64,000 nt of DNA. Source: Desulfatiglandales bacterium (GTDB lineage Bacteria; Desulfobacterota; DSM-4660; Desulfatiglandales; Desulfatiglandaceae). A program made the translations under genes and the position numbers. The notes beneath the pieces were generated by a model, which did not search any database, was not told where the DNA came from, and was given only the letters and a program-made list of their open reading frames with translations. Within the stretch, counting starts at the first letter, position 1; the number at the start of each line of letters is the position of its first letter. Below, one piece after another: positions 30,301 through 40,071 of this stretch. The stretch spans positions 5,504,001 through 5,568,000 of the forward strand of contig OY759599.1 in NCBI GenBank assembly GCA_963662465.1. Reading direction: 5' to 3'.

Positions 30301-31009
30301 CAAGATCCACTGACCAGTCCCGCCGTGCATCCAGAATGGCCTGCCGACGCCGGCGCAACAAATCAAACGGGTCCGCCGGTACGCTGTTATTATGCGCACC
30401 GACCTTCAGCAATGGTTTCACCTGGTCCAGCAGGGCCTGGGGCGTCGTGCAACCGATCAGCCCTAGAAGTTCCACCAGCGATTCACGTTCCAGTCCGTAA
30501 AAATGAGACCGCCAGTAATCGCAAGCGGCTTCTTCCAGCAGATCCTGATCATCGGGCGCTAGTTCCAGATCGAAAAGACTGCCGGCGTCAAAGGCGTGCT
30601 GCCGCAACATGCGGTTGCACCAACCGTGAATGGTATGGATAGCAGCTTCATCCATCCACAGGGCCGCCTGGGTCAGCACCCCGGCGTTATGTGCCCATGT
30701 TTCTTCAGGGAAGGTATCGCCAAGGCCTTGAAGGAAGGCATCGCCCTTGCATTCCCGGCGAAAGTAGGCGGCAGCCTCAATTAATTTTTCACGGATCCGG
30801 TCCCGCAGCTCTTCAGTGGCGGCATTGGTAAAAGTCACCACCAGGATTTCCGGGGGCATGAGGGCCCTGCAAAAGCCGTTCTTCCCGCCATGCCCCAGCA
30901 CCAGCCGCAAATAGAGCGCCCCGATGGTATAGGTTTTGCCGGTTCCCGCACTGGCTTCCATGAGACGGGGGCCGCGGATTGGAAAGGTCAGGGGATCAAG
31001 GTGCATCAT
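27329..31009 (-). CDS. recB: Exodeoxyribonuclease V beta subunit RecB
   Basis: EASAGTGKT, VVTFTNAAT, DEFQDTD, GDPKQAIYAFRGAD, TIHKSKGL, nuclease GFIDLVF...LDYKSN. Confidence 0.95.
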   Translation of the reverse strand: MMHLDPLTFPIRGPRLMEASAGTGKTYTIGALYLRLVLGHGGKNGFCRALMPPEILVVTFTNAATEELRDRIREKLIEAAAYFRRECKGDAFLQGLGDTFPEETWAHNAGVLTQAALWMDEAAIHTIHGWCNRMLRQHAFDAGSLFDLELAPDDQDLLEEAACDYWRSHFYGLERESLVELLGLIGCTTPQALLDQVKPLLKVGAHNNSVPADPFDLLRRRRQAILDARRDWSVDLDVAVERVCQAQADKTLNGNKYRTASLTNWINQLTRWVREAGPLPDAQTLQKLSSSGLLEGAGKNKTPPAHPAYDIFDRLNDFLNSLEIDKALFVHAAGEIARRFQKQKETLGLVGFDDLLTRLNEALQTPGNEPLAQTIADQFPVAMIDEFQDTDPVQYAAFSRIYGNRPDTALLMIGDPKQAIYAFRGADIHTYLKARRDTLGKPYTLGANYRSTEGLVQAVNRMFGMAVPYPQGPFLFTDQIPFEPVAAKGPKALMIVEGQAIKSMRLWQLRQTGPVPKTGPNGYVAAMADAFADEIVRLLNLAEQHPPRAGFQTGPNEPLKPLCPADMAVLVRDGREAMAIRQALDKRRVRSVYLSDKDSVFSSHEAGQMLYLLRACAAPGQERILKAALATPILNQPLTRLDQLNRDEVAWEGELERFSRYHSVWRRRGVLPMLQNLLQDFGALSGLLSVPGGERALTNFLHLAELLQAKALELDGEQGLIRWLAEQLQERPTGLAEQVLRLESDEDLIKVITIHKSKGLQYPLVFLPFICTVRQAVRKNAAMVTYHDAEGQPRRVYGPEKADMEAADRERLAEDLRLLYVAVTRAQYACWLGIGVMGSTTQKREKSTLHLSGFGYLLSGGEMIPTEDLTEKLALLKGDCPHMEIEPAPEARNRVYTPKGKAVSLMPALQFNAPVSRDWWITSYSGILKDAGRDASGGWETDKRKMGLDFPGSAIEDQLREPGEKAFFYPKDMTGPPSIHRFPRGPDPGTFLHELLEWAAVEGFGKMAQNRQWVHDRIEIMCKRRGWLWVEVLDRWFQAFLETPFPLPDGRAHVRLADLTPPDYQPELEFLFAAHQINTRTLDDVITHGVLPGEKRPPLQEIHVNGMLKGFIDLVFQFRGRYYVLDYKSNYLGEDNRAYGLKAMVDAMLAHRYDLQYVLYTLALHRLLKARLPNYQYQRDMGGAVYLFLRGVAPNGNGVYTHKPPQALIERLDEDFAGKETDPLEP

Positions 31010-31056
31010 TACCTTTCGCCGGGTTAGAGGCCTATGGCTTCTTGTACTGTAACTTA

Positions 31057-31338
31057 CTAACGGCCGCCCATTCGCTTTGAAGCCTTGATGGGGTTGATTT
31101 TTGCGGCGCCTTTTTTGGGTTCCGCAATGAGGTGGGTCGCCATGCTGCAGTTTCCGATACGCCATTTGGCGGCTGGATCCGGGAATACCATGCAGTACTC
31201 GCCATCGGCATATGTTGCGACACGCTGACAGCCGACACATTTATCAATAATTTTATGACATGCGCCGCCATTAAATCCACACCCTTTTTTGGTCATGAAA
31301 GAACATTCCTGACCCTCTTTTACAGTTGTGCAAACCAT
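31057..31338 (-). CDS. PxxKW-family cysteine-rich protein
   Basis: Multiple Cys, PAAKW motif, C-terminal KINPIKASKR. Confidence 0.8.
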   Translation of the reverse strand: MVCTTVKEGQECSFMTKKGCGFNGGACHKIIDKCVGCQRVATYADGEYCMVFPDPAAKWRIGNCSMATHLIAEPKKGAAKINPIKASKRMGGR

Positions 31339-31424
31339 TTTTATTACATCCTCTTCAATATTTTTTTAAACCCATATTTATGCCTATCTGAAACTCGATT
31401 GTCAAGAAAAATAGTCATGATATC

Positions 31425-33233
31425 TCAGATTTCAATCTTAATCCCCAATTCCTTGAGTTGCGCCGGGTCTACCCGGGAAGGCGCCTCCGTAAGGGGGCAG
31501 GTTCCGCTGGTGGTTTTGGGAAATGCGATGATTTCTCGAATGGAATTGACCCCGGTCATAATGGCCACAAGCCGATCAAATCCCAGGGCCATGCCGCCAT
31601 GGGGCGGCGCCCCATGTTTCAGGGCATCAATGAGGAATCCGAATTTTGATCGGGCTTCCTCCGGAGAAATGCCCAAAGCCTTAAAAACCGTCTCCTGGGT
31701 TGCCGCATTGTGTATCCTGATGCTGCCGCCGCCGATTTCCGATCCGTTTAAAACCAGGTCATATGCCCTGGCCCTGACTTTTCCAGGGTGTTCCAGGAGT
31801 AATGCCAAGTCTTCGGCCACGGGGGCCGTAAAGGGGTGATGGACCGCCATGAACCTGCCGCCCTCGTCATCATATTCCAGCAATGGGAAATCCGTCACCC
31901 ACACAAAGGCGTATTCCCCGTCCTTGATCAATTTTTCGCGCCGGGCCATTTCCAGTCGAAGGGCGCCAAGGGCTGCGTTGACAATGGCGGGTTGATCCGC
32001 CACCGCCAGGATGAGATCTCCGGGAAGTGCGTGAAGGCAATCATTGAGGGAAAGCCTGGTTTTGTCATCAAAGAATTTAGCCAGGGGCGATTGCCATTTA
32101 TCTTCCGCGACCTTGATCCATGCCAATCCTTTTGCCCCATTGGCCGTTGCGGTCGTCGAAATCTCGTCCAGCGCCTTTCTCGAATAGGCGGCGGCGCCAT
32201 TTTTGATCCGAATGGCCTTAACGATGCCCCCCGCGGCGATGACCCCTTTGAAGACCTTGAAATCCGATTTTTCGGCAATATCGGAGACGTTTATAAGTTC
32301 CATTCCAAACCGCAAATCCGGTCGATCCGTGCCGAATCGATCCATGGCGTCCTGATAGGTCAGATGCGGAATCGGCGACGGGATTTCTTTGCCCATGATG
32401 TTGCGGAACAGCTCACCCATCATGCCCTCAAAGATGTCCATGACGGCTTTTTCATCAACAAAAGCCATCTCCAGATCCACCTGGGTGAACTCCGGTTGCC
32501 GGTCCGCCCGGAGGTCCTCGTCCCGAAAGCATCTGACGATTTGATAATACCGGTCAAAGCCTGATATCATCAGCAGTTGTTTGAAGAGCTGGGGAGATTG
32601 GGGGAGGGCGTAAAACATCCCCGGATTGATTCGGCTCGGCACCAGATAATCCCTTGCCCCTTCCGGGGTGCTCTTGGTGAGACAGGGCGTTTCCACCTCG
32701 ATAAAGCCCCGCTCATCCAGATATGCCCGGATAGAGGAGGCGATGGCATGACGTTTTCTGAAATTCTCAAAAATCCGGGGTCTGCGAAGCTCCAGATAAC
32801 GGTATTTCAGCCGGAGGTTTTCAGAAGCATCCACGGCCCCATCCACCTGGAACGGCGGCGTTTCAGTTTGATTGAGGATTTTTACCGTCAGGGCCTTTAT
32901 TTCAATTTGGCCCGTGGGAAGATCCCGGTTTTCCTGCCCTTCCAGCCTGGGAACCACGGTTCCCTTGACCGCCAGGACCCATTCATTTCGGAGAATATGC
33001 GCCTTTTCATGGGCGGCGGCATTGACCTGAGGGTCAAAAACCACCTGCGTAATACCTTCTCTGTCCCTCAAATCGATAAAAATGAGGTTTCCCAGGTCGC
33101 GTCTTCTGTTGACCCATCCCATGAGGATGACGTCCTGGTCCGCATGATGTTCTCTCAGGGCGCCGCAGTCGTGGGTTCGTTTCCAGTCTCCCAGTGAATC
33201 AATGGCTGCCGTTTCAGTCTGTTGGTCTTTCAT
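31425..33233 (-). CDS. aspS: Aspartate-tRNA ligase
   Basis: RTHDCG, STPEGARDYLVP, CFRDEDLRADRQPEFTQ, GAPPHGG. Confidence 0.97.
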   Translation of the reverse strand: MKDQQTETAAIDSLGDWKRTHDCGALREHHADQDVILMGWVNRRRDLGNLIFIDLRDREGITQVVFDPQVNAAAHEKAHILRNEWVLAVKGTVVPRLEGQENRDLPTGQIEIKALTVKILNQTETPPFQVDGAVDASENLRLKYRYLELRRPRIFENFRKRHAIASSIRAYLDERGFIEVETPCLTKSTPEGARDYLVPSRINPGMFYALPQSPQLFKQLLMISGFDRYYQIVRCFRDEDLRADRQPEFTQVDLEMAFVDEKAVMDIFEGMMGELFRNIMGKEIPSPIPHLTYQDAMDRFGTDRPDLRFGMELINVSDIAEKSDFKVFKGVIAAGGIVKAIRIKNGAAAYSRKALDEISTTATANGAKGLAWIKVAEDKWQSPLAKFFDDKTRLSLNDCLHALPGDLILAVADQPAIVNAALGALRLEMARREKLIKDGEYAFVWVTDFPLLEYDDEGGRFMAVHHPFTAPVAEDLALLLEHPGKVRARAYDLVLNGSEIGGGSIRIHNAATQETVFKALGISPEEARSKFGFLIDALKHGAPPHGGMALGFDRLVAIMTGVNSIREIIAFPKTTSGTCPLTEAPSRVDPAQLKELGIKIEI

Positions 33234-34489
33234 TTTTCAAAAATATCCTTTAAGGTGATTACCAGATTATCAAAATCAACCGCCGTTTGTTCCCGGGTGT
33301 TCATATTCCGCAGGATGGCTTTCTTCGTTCGGACTTCGTCGTCTCCTACCATCAGGACGTGTTGGGCGTCCAGGCGACCCGCCTTCTTCATTTGCGATTT
33401 CAAGCCTTTTCCGCTGTAATCCAGTTCGACCCAGAGGCCCAGTTTCCGTAAGGCAACCATCCATTGGAAGGTCAGTTGATCAACGTTTTCGCCGAGTGCG
33501 GCGATAAAAAGATCGGGTTTTCGGGGGACAAGCGGGTTTGACGCCTCCAGGAGAGCGACGATTCTCTCAATACCCACGGCAAATCCGATGGCAGGATGGT
33601 CGGGACCGCCGAGGGTCTTCACCAGGCCGTCGTACCGCCCTCCTCCGGCAACGGCATTCTGAGCCCCCAGATGCTCGGTCTGAATTTCAAAGGTGGTCCG
33701 GTTGTAGTAATCAAGCCCTCTGACCAGCTGATCGTTGACCGTAAACGGAATGTTTAATCCGTCAAGGTATTCCTTCAGGGATTCAAAGTGGCTTTGACAG
33801 CTCGGGCAAAGAAATGCGGGTATGGCGGGCGCCGCCTGGACAATGGTTTTGCAGGTTTCCACCTTGCAGTCGAAAACGCGCAACGGGTTTAATTGTGCCC
33901 TTTTTTGACAGTCCACACAAAGGGAAGAACCTTTGTCCGCCAAGTAGTCTTTGAGTTTTGCCTTAAACCCCGGTCGACAATCAGGGCATCCCAGCGAATT
34001 GATCTGCAGGCTGAGTTCCGTCAAGCCGATGGTCTCAAAAAGATACATGGCCAGAATAATGATTTCGGCGTCGCTTTTGGGGCCGGAATCGCCAAACAGT
34101 TCAACATCAATTTGATGAAACTGCCGAAACCGGCCTTTTTGCGGTCGTTCATGCCGAAACATGGGTCCGATGGCAAACAGTTTTTGTACGGGATATTGCT
34201 GATACAACCGGTGTTGAATATAGGCCCTGACCACCGATGCCGTGGCCTCGGGTCTCATGGTCAATCCCCGCCCTTTGACGTCCTCGAAAGAGTACATCTC
34301 CTTTGACACGATATCGGTTTCCTGGCCGATGCCGCGGCTGAAAAGCTCAGTTTTTTCAAGAATGGGGGTTTTAATTTCCTGGTATCCAAAGGCCTCAAAC
34401 AACCGCCTTGCCGCGGCTTCAATCGACTGCCACCGGACGGATTCTTCGGGAAGAATATCTTTAAACCCCTTTAGCGTTGTGAATTCCAA
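33230..34489 (-). CDS. hisS: Histidine-tRNA ligase
   Basis: RPEATA, FRHERPQKGRFRQFHQ, LVRGLDYY, GGGRYD. Confidence 0.97.
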   Translation of the reverse strand: MEFTTLKGFKDILPEESVRWQSIEAAARRLFEAFGYQEIKTPILEKTELFSRGIGQETDIVSKEMYSFEDVKGRGLTMRPEATASVVRAYIQHRLYQQYPVQKLFAIGPMFRHERPQKGRFRQFHQIDVELFGDSGPKSDAEIIILAMYLFETIGLTELSLQINSLGCPDCRPGFKAKLKDYLADKGSSLCVDCQKRAQLNPLRVFDCKVETCKTIVQAAPAIPAFLCPSCQSHFESLKEYLDGLNIPFTVNDQLVRGLDYYNRTTFEIQTEHLGAQNAVAGGGRYDGLVKTLGGPDHPAIGFAVGIERIVALLEASNPLVPRKPDLFIAALGENVDQLTFQWMVALRKLGLWVELDYSGKGLKSQMKKAGRLDAQHVLMVGDDEVRTKKAILRNMNTREQTAVDFDNLVITLKDIFEK

Positions 34490-34533
34490 TAATTACATGC
34501 TCCCTATGCGCTCTAAAAACGTTTTCTTCGTTC

Positions 34534-34770
34534 CTATTCGATGATGATCTTTTTAGCGACTTTCTTTTTTTTGGGCGCGCCTTTTTTTTCCAGGGTTTCT
34601 ATTTTTGAATCCACCAGGGTTTTGATGGCTTTCAGCAGTTCAATGCGAGATCGGTCCAGGTGTTCCATGAATTCCGGCGCATTCCGGGACAAATCTTCAA
34701 GACCCTGTAAAACCCTTCCAAGCGGGCATAATCCTTTGGCGTTGTCGGCCTGTGCTTCTTTTTTGCCCAT
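34534..34770 (-). CDS. Small hypothetical protein coupled to the ArsA-like ATPase
   Basis: AAGGAG RBS, CP motif, amphipathic EHL...ELLKAIKTLVD helix. Starts 12 bp after the ATPase stop. Confidence 0.7.
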   Translation of the reverse strand: MGKKEAQADNAKGLCPLGRVLQGLEDLSRNAPEFMEHLDRSRIELLKAIKTLVDSKIETLEKKGAPKKKKVAKKIIIE

Positions 34771-34782
34771 GACAAGCTCCTT

Positions 34783-35964
34783 TTATGAATCAAAATGAAT
34801 CCACAAATACTCCCCCTCAAGGGTGGCCTTAAGCGAGTTTAACGCCGCCACCTGCCGGGGAAGCATGACGTGTCGTTTGAAGCCGCCGATCCGAATCACC
34901 AATTCGTCTGCGATCTTATGTAACGCCACATCCTGTTTTTCAATGAAGGGCAGTTTCATTTTCAACTGGTATTTCCCGTTGATTTTGGCCAATTCATAGG
35001 GCTTACCCGTGAAAAATCGGTCCAGAGGATTCCTTTCGCCGTAAATTTGGTCTCCCAGGGCCTTAAGGCTGTCAAAGCCCAGAACCTCGCTCGTGGATAA
35101 ATTCACCGAAAAAAGAGGAACCGGTTGAAAAAAGCTTTGGGCTTCCCGAACATATCGTTTTTGACTTTCCTGCCAGTTCTGAAAAAAGGGCTCGTTGAGC
35201 GCGTCGGGCAAAACACGATTCATGATGACGGCGTCGATGCTCATTTTGTAAAGGGAAAAGTACATGAAGGCCCGCTGGGTTTCTTTCAAAACGATTTTTT
35301 CAGGGTTCGCAACCAGACGGACCGTGGTTATTTTCGGATCAGTGAGAAGCGCATCGACGCCCTTGAGCTTTTCAAACAGGCGCTCAATGGCGTTAAAGTA
35401 GTCTTCACCCGGCAGGGGTACATCATAGAAGCGTTTGGCCACGGGACGGGCATATTTGACGATGGTTTTCTCAAGCTTGAAAATTTTGTTGATGTACCAT
35501 TCCAGCGTTGTGGGAATACTGATAAAGCGGAGCGATTCACCGGTGGGTGCACAGTCCAGCAGAACCACGTCAAAGCGGTTGTTTTGGGCGTAGCGGTTGA
35601 TATGCAGGAGCAGGCTGATTTCTTCCATGCCCGGCAAAACGGCCAACTCTTCGGCGAGAATTTCATCGAGCCCGGTGGTGTTCAGGAGGGTTGAAAGGTA
35701 TTTATGAATGTCGCCCCAGTTTTTTTCAATCTCTTCCTGGATATCCAGCTCCTGGATCCACAAGTTGTCTCCCACCGGCGTCGGCTGACCCCTGTTTTTG
35801 GAGATCAGACTTTTATCCATGTCAAAGATATCCGATAGACTGTGGGCCACATCAAGACTCATGATGACGGTTTTGTTGCCGCGTTCCGCCGCTTTTATAC
35901 CCGTGGCGGCAGCCGCGCTGGTCTTTCCGACCCCGCCCTTGCCGGCAAAAAATATGATTCTCAT
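34783..35964 (-). CDS. ArsA/GET3-family ATPase with C-terminal HSP20-like domain
   Basis: GKGGVGKT, DVAHSL, LPGMEE, DCAPTGE, C-terminal DELVIRIGGFKRHVMLP. Confidence 0.88.
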   Translation of the reverse strand: MRIIFFAGKGGVGKTSAAAATGIKAAERGNKTVIMSLDVAHSLSDIFDMDKSLISKNRGQPTPVGDNLWIQELDIQEEIEKNWGDIHKYLSTLLNTTGLDEILAEELAVLPGMEEISLLLHINRYAQNNRFDVVLLDCAPTGESLRFISIPTTLEWYINKIFKLEKTIVKYARPVAKRFYDVPLPGEDYFNAIERLFEKLKGVDALLTDPKITTVRLVANPEKIVLKETQRAFMYFSLYKMSIDAVIMNRVLPDALNEPFFQNWQESQKRYVREAQSFFQPVPLFSVNLSTSEVLGFDSLKALGDQIYGERNPLDRFFTGKPYELAKINGKYQLKMKLPFIEKQDVALHKIADELVIRIGGFKRHVMLPRQVAALNSLKATLEGEYLWIHFDS

Positions 35965-36988
35965 AGTGTATTATTTCTGAAAGCTGAATGTTGGAAATTT
36001 AAAGAGCATAACATAGCCATCATGATTTTTGAAGAAAAAGCGAATGCCAACCGGGAGGGGATACGAAAATAAAAATAAGAATAACAATGGTTGCGGTAGG
36101 AAGCAATGGGGTTAAAAGTTATTAACAATGAACTATTTCATAGGGTTGAAAGAAAAGGGATAGACGCCTGACTGTCATCAAAGACCATTACCATTTTCAA
36201 AGGAAAGCAGCCGACCGTAAATTAAAGCTTTCAAGTTTTACTATCCCCTTTTCTCTTCCTGGAAAATTATGTGATCTTCCCGATTTTAGAAAACCAAGGC
36301 AAATACCACAAATACGAATCCAAAAAGGCACAACATATTGATTGAGAAATTCCATATCTTGTTCATTTTTATCCCCCTTCAAATCTTTGTCGCCGTTTTA
36401 AGCCATGACCCAGCCGAGCGCCCGAATTGCTCTGTTTTAAAACCGAAATGCATTTTCCTGTATGTACAGCAAGGGATATGCCGAGTTTGTTTCTTAGATG
36501 CGGAATTCCAACATAAGATCTTGAAAATACATATGATTTATTCTTAGAATCTATAAAGGAAAGTGCAATGATCGTGTCTTGGGAAGGTTTTAATGGGAAA
36601 GGATGTTTTATGCTGAGACTTAGCCTGTTGCCTGAATCTCATAATGATACGGTAGATTCCAAAATCCCGGCCCTTGCGGAGTGTTGGTAATGTGTGATAA
36701 AATATGGGTAATGTTAGTGCCTTATCACCTGGTTTTCTGTCACAAAAAACAAGAAGTTAATTGACTGAAAAACCCAAAACCCATAACCCAAAACTGCGGC
36801 TTTGCCGCCTTAGATACTTGATGGCAAAAAAAACCGCACAACCACTGGTTGGCTTGAACAAGGGAGGAGCATCTAAGAACTGGAATGAAGATGTCTGATG
36901 GGTAATTGCAAGTGATAGGAACCACCTATGAGAAGATTGTTTTCCAATATTGTGGTAAGGTATGCCCAAAACATCGATTGGAGAGAAC

Positions 36989-37249
36989 ATGTCAAAGGAA
37001 ATTAGAGAAATCACGCACACTACAAAGCAGCAACTTGTCTTTGAGATAGAGCAATTACCGAATGTTTATCTTTTGGAGTTGCAAAGCTTTATTCAATATC
37101 TGAAATTTAAACAGGCAAATTCAGGCAATCTTTCGAGGGAAAAGGCAAGGCAACGCTCTGAACAAGATCCGATTCTTCAGGCAATTGGAACCATTGATAT
37201 TGAGCCTTTTTCTGAAACCATTGACGACACATTGTACGCGACGCTATGA
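36989..37249 (+). CDS. Putative antitoxin (DUF2281-like)
   Basis: EIEQLP...ELQSFIQYLKFK, with ATGA overlap onto a PIN-like stub. Confidence 0.55.
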   Translation: MSKEIREITHTTKQQLVFEIEQLPNVYLLELQSFIQYLKFKQANSGNLSREKARQRSEQDPILQAIGTIDIEPFSETIDDTLYATL

Positions 37250-37290
37250 ACGCTATCTTTATCGACACGTGGGGTTGGATCAATCTATGG
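37246..37290 (+). pseudogene. N-terminal stub of a PIN toxin
   Basis: MNAIFIDTWGWI is a typical PIN start. The following sequence is not PIN-like. Confidence 0.5.
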
Positions 37291-37447
37291 TGTAATTGTC
37301 TGCCCATAAAGTTATGGTCCTCCTGTCGTTTGATAGGTTTGGTATTCCTGAAAATTGTGGTGTTTAAGCATAAGCAGTGGCAAACACGGGTAAGGAAGAA
37401 ATTTAGGCTCATCGTGGATTCGCGTGAGATTTGGCTTCTGAGCCGAT

Positions 37448-37507
37448 TGTAGGTGCGACTTTAGTCGCACATTAAGCCTACCCTGTGCGACTAAAGTCGC
37501 ACCTACA
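37448..37507. repeat. REP-like doublet (24-bp perfect inverted repeat)
   Basis: TGTAGGTGCGACTTTAGTCGCACA / TGTGCGACTAAAGTCGCACCTACA. Each arm is a GTAG foot plus hairpin. Confidence 0.8.
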
Positions 37508-37862
37508 GCCCGAACCGAAACAATCCCAAAGCGCGATTTCACGTTAATCCGCTCGGAGATCAATAAACAAAGAGATATTTGCGTTACACAATCGGACAAT
37601 TTTTTGGGCTGAACAAAAAGATCAAATGCTTGGCAAATTAACGGACACTGAAGAAGAACTTGATGACATAATGGTTCTTTCTCTCTTCGCCTCTTTCGAG
37701 CGGGAATTACGCGTCTTCATTCAGAATATTATCGGAAGCAAGCAACTTTCAACCCCCATCCAACCTAATGGAATTTAATTGGGAGGTAGCCTATTATCCC
37801 AATGCAGAAAATTCGTTCGTCGTTATTGGTTTTGAAACAGACCATAAATTGAGTAATCGAGA

Positions 37863-39464
37863 ATGACCGACCCAAGCATAAGATCAAGGAGCGATATTTT
37901 GAGCAAACCCAAAACAAAAATAACCACCCGAAGATGGCATCCGGAAGACATTCCGGAGATCATCGCGTGCAGCAGAGCCACTTACCATGATTATCCCGAA
38001 GAATACATATACACACAACGTTTGTATAAAATGCAGTTTGCCGCGTTTCCCCAGGGACAGTTTGTGGCCGTCCTCGGCGAAAAAATTATCGGTTACGCCA
38101 CCTCCATGATTGTCAGCATCGATGATGATTTCTGGTACGACGTGGACGAGCTGACAGGCGCCGGGACATTCAGCACGCACAACCCGGACGGCGACACCCT
38201 TTACGGCGCGGATATCGGCGTTCATCCGGACTATCAGCGCCGCGGCGTCGCCATGTTGCTCTATAAACGGCGGCTGAGCATTCTGAAACGGTACAATCTG
38301 AAACAAATGATTGCCTACGGAAGGATCCCCGGATACAAAAACCACGCGGGAAAAATGACCGCCGAGCAATATGTGGAAAAGGTGAAGAACGGCGACTTGC
38401 GCGATCCTGCCTTGAACACCCACCTGAAAGCAGGTTTTCAGGTCAAAAAGGTTCAACTGGATATCACCATCGACCGTTCCAGTTTGAATTACTCAACCTT
38501 CCTGACCATGCTCAACCCTGATTTTGATTTGGCCAAAAAAAAGATATCTTCGGCTGTCTTTCCAAAAATTCAGGCTCGAAGGGTCAGGGTATGCGCCGCC
38601 CAATACCAAATGCGGTCCATTCAGTCTTTTGAAGACCTTGAACGTTCGGTTGAATTTTTTGTAGATACAGCGGATTCCTATCACTGCCACTTCCTGCTGT
38701 TTCCGGAGTATTTCACTTATCAGCTGTTAAGTTTCAAGAGCCGGATGTCCATGAAGGAAGCCGCCGTGGAACTGGCCGGTTATGCGGATCGATATGTCGA
38801 CATGTTTAAGCGATTCGCGCAGAAATATAACATCTATATTGTCGGTGGCTCCCATCCAATACTGAGGGATGGAAAATGTTACAACAGTGCCCACCTGTTC
38901 ACGCCCACCGGCAATGTTTACACCCAGGACAAGCTCCATATTACACCGGCGGAGCGAAATGAAGGTGGAATCGAACCGGGGATGGCCTTACGAATTTTTC
39001 ACACCCCACTGGCCAGAATTGCAATCCAGGTATGCTATGATATCGAGTTTCCAGAGGTGTCTCGCCTGTTGACACTTGCCGGCGCGGAAATCATTTTCGT
39101 GCCTTTTTATGCCGAAGAAAAAAAAGCCTACTACCGTATCAGACACTGTGCCCAGGCCAGAGCAGTTGAAAACTTTATCTATGTGGTGATGACGGGAAGC
39201 GTCGGCAACATGCATACCCAATCCGGGTCTTTTTTGCACTACAGCCAGGCGGCCATCCTGACCCCCAGCGATTTTTCCTTCCCCGAAAAAGGGATAGAAG
39301 GAGAAGCCGATCCCAATGTGGAAGCGGTTGTGGTATCTGAACTTGCCCTTTCTTCACTATCGCAGCAACGGCATGTGGCAACGGTAAGACCGCTGCATGA
39401 CATGCGCCCGGATCTCTATGAACTCTTTCCAAAAAACAAAATTGAAATTGTCCGGGTCGAGTAA
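37863..39464 (+). CDS. GNAT acetyltransferase / carbon-nitrogen hydrolase fusion
   Basis: GVHPDYQRRGVA acetyl-CoA motif, nitrilase triad LFPEY, QDKLH, VCYDIEFPE. Confidence 0.9.
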   Translation: MTDPSIRSRSDILSKPKTKITTRRWHPEDIPEIIACSRATYHDYPEEYIYTQRLYKMQFAAFPQGQFVAVLGEKIIGYATSMIVSIDDDFWYDVDELTGAGTFSTHNPDGDTLYGADIGVHPDYQRRGVAMLLYKRRLSILKRYNLKQMIAYGRIPGYKNHAGKMTAEQYVEKVKNGDLRDPALNTHLKAGFQVKKVQLDITIDRSSLNYSTFLTMLNPDFDLAKKKISSAVFPKIQARRVRVCAAQYQMRSIQSFEDLERSVEFFVDTADSYHCHFLLFPEYFTYQLLSFKSRMSMKEAAVELAGYADRYVDMFKRFAQKYNIYIVGGSHPILRDGKCYNSAHLFTPTGNVYTQDKLHITPAERNEGGIEPGMALRIFHTPLARIAIQVCYDIEFPEVSRLLTLAGAEIIFVPFYAEEKKAYYRIRHCAQARAVENFIYVVMTGSVGNMHTQSGSFLHYSQAAILTPSDFSFPEKGIEGEADPNVEAVVVSELALSSLSQQRHVATVRPLHDMRPDLYELFPKNKIEIVRVE

Positions 39465-39663
39465 GGCAAATTAAAAGGGAGTTCTTGATAGAACAACTTA
39501 AAACCGAAAATCTGAGACGACGGCTTTCCGCCTTAAGCAAAGATGGTCTGCACGAATTCCTCATACAACGCATAAATTTCATTGACAAAACCTTAAATCA
39601 AGCTTATTTCCGTAGCAGAATTCATCATTTTGATACTGATTGCCTCGACAATAGGAGGTTATA

Positions 39664-40071
39664 ATGGCCACGGTATCTTTAAGAATAGACCAGGACTTGG
39701 CGTTTCAAGCAGAGCGCGAGGCCAGGATTCAGAACAGATCAAAGACCAAACAGCTTGAGTACTGGGCAAGAATAGGCAAAGCCGTTTCATCTAAATTAAA
39801 TATTACAGATGCTTTTGCCGTGTCTCAAGGGATAAAAACGATCAAATTAGAGATAACCCCAGCTGTTCAATTGATTCCTATTGATTCAGACGTTATATTT
39901 AACGATCTTGAAAACGATAGGAGTAAAGGAGTTCTTGCTAAGAAGATAACATCAGCCAAGATATACTATGAGGCAAGCGTTGAACATCCTGGTTACCTTG
40001 ATCGAGTGAATTCCATCACCAAAAAAAGGCAGACGGGTTCGTTTGAACACGGTGAGTTTAAGGCGCTCTAA
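39664..40071 (+). CDS. ParD-like RHH antitoxin
   Basis: SLRIDQDL...NRSKTKQLEYWARIGK. TAATG overlap with the next gene. Confidence 0.75.
   Translation: MATVSLRIDQDLAFQAEREARIQNRSKTKQLEYWARIGKAVSSKLNITDAFAVSQGIKTIKLEITPAVQLIPIDSDVIFNDLENDRSKGVLAKKITSAKIYYEASVEHPGYLDRVNSITKKRQTGSFEHGEFKAL

Noticed and set aside
34783..35964. Arsenic-resistance arsA call
   Set aside because: Single ATPase domain with HSP20-like tail and no arsB/acr3/arsD/arsR neighbours.
36000..36950. Small ORFs or ncRNA in the AT-rich spacer
   Set aside because: No recognisable motifs, no convincing RBS-start pairs and no stable structure seen.
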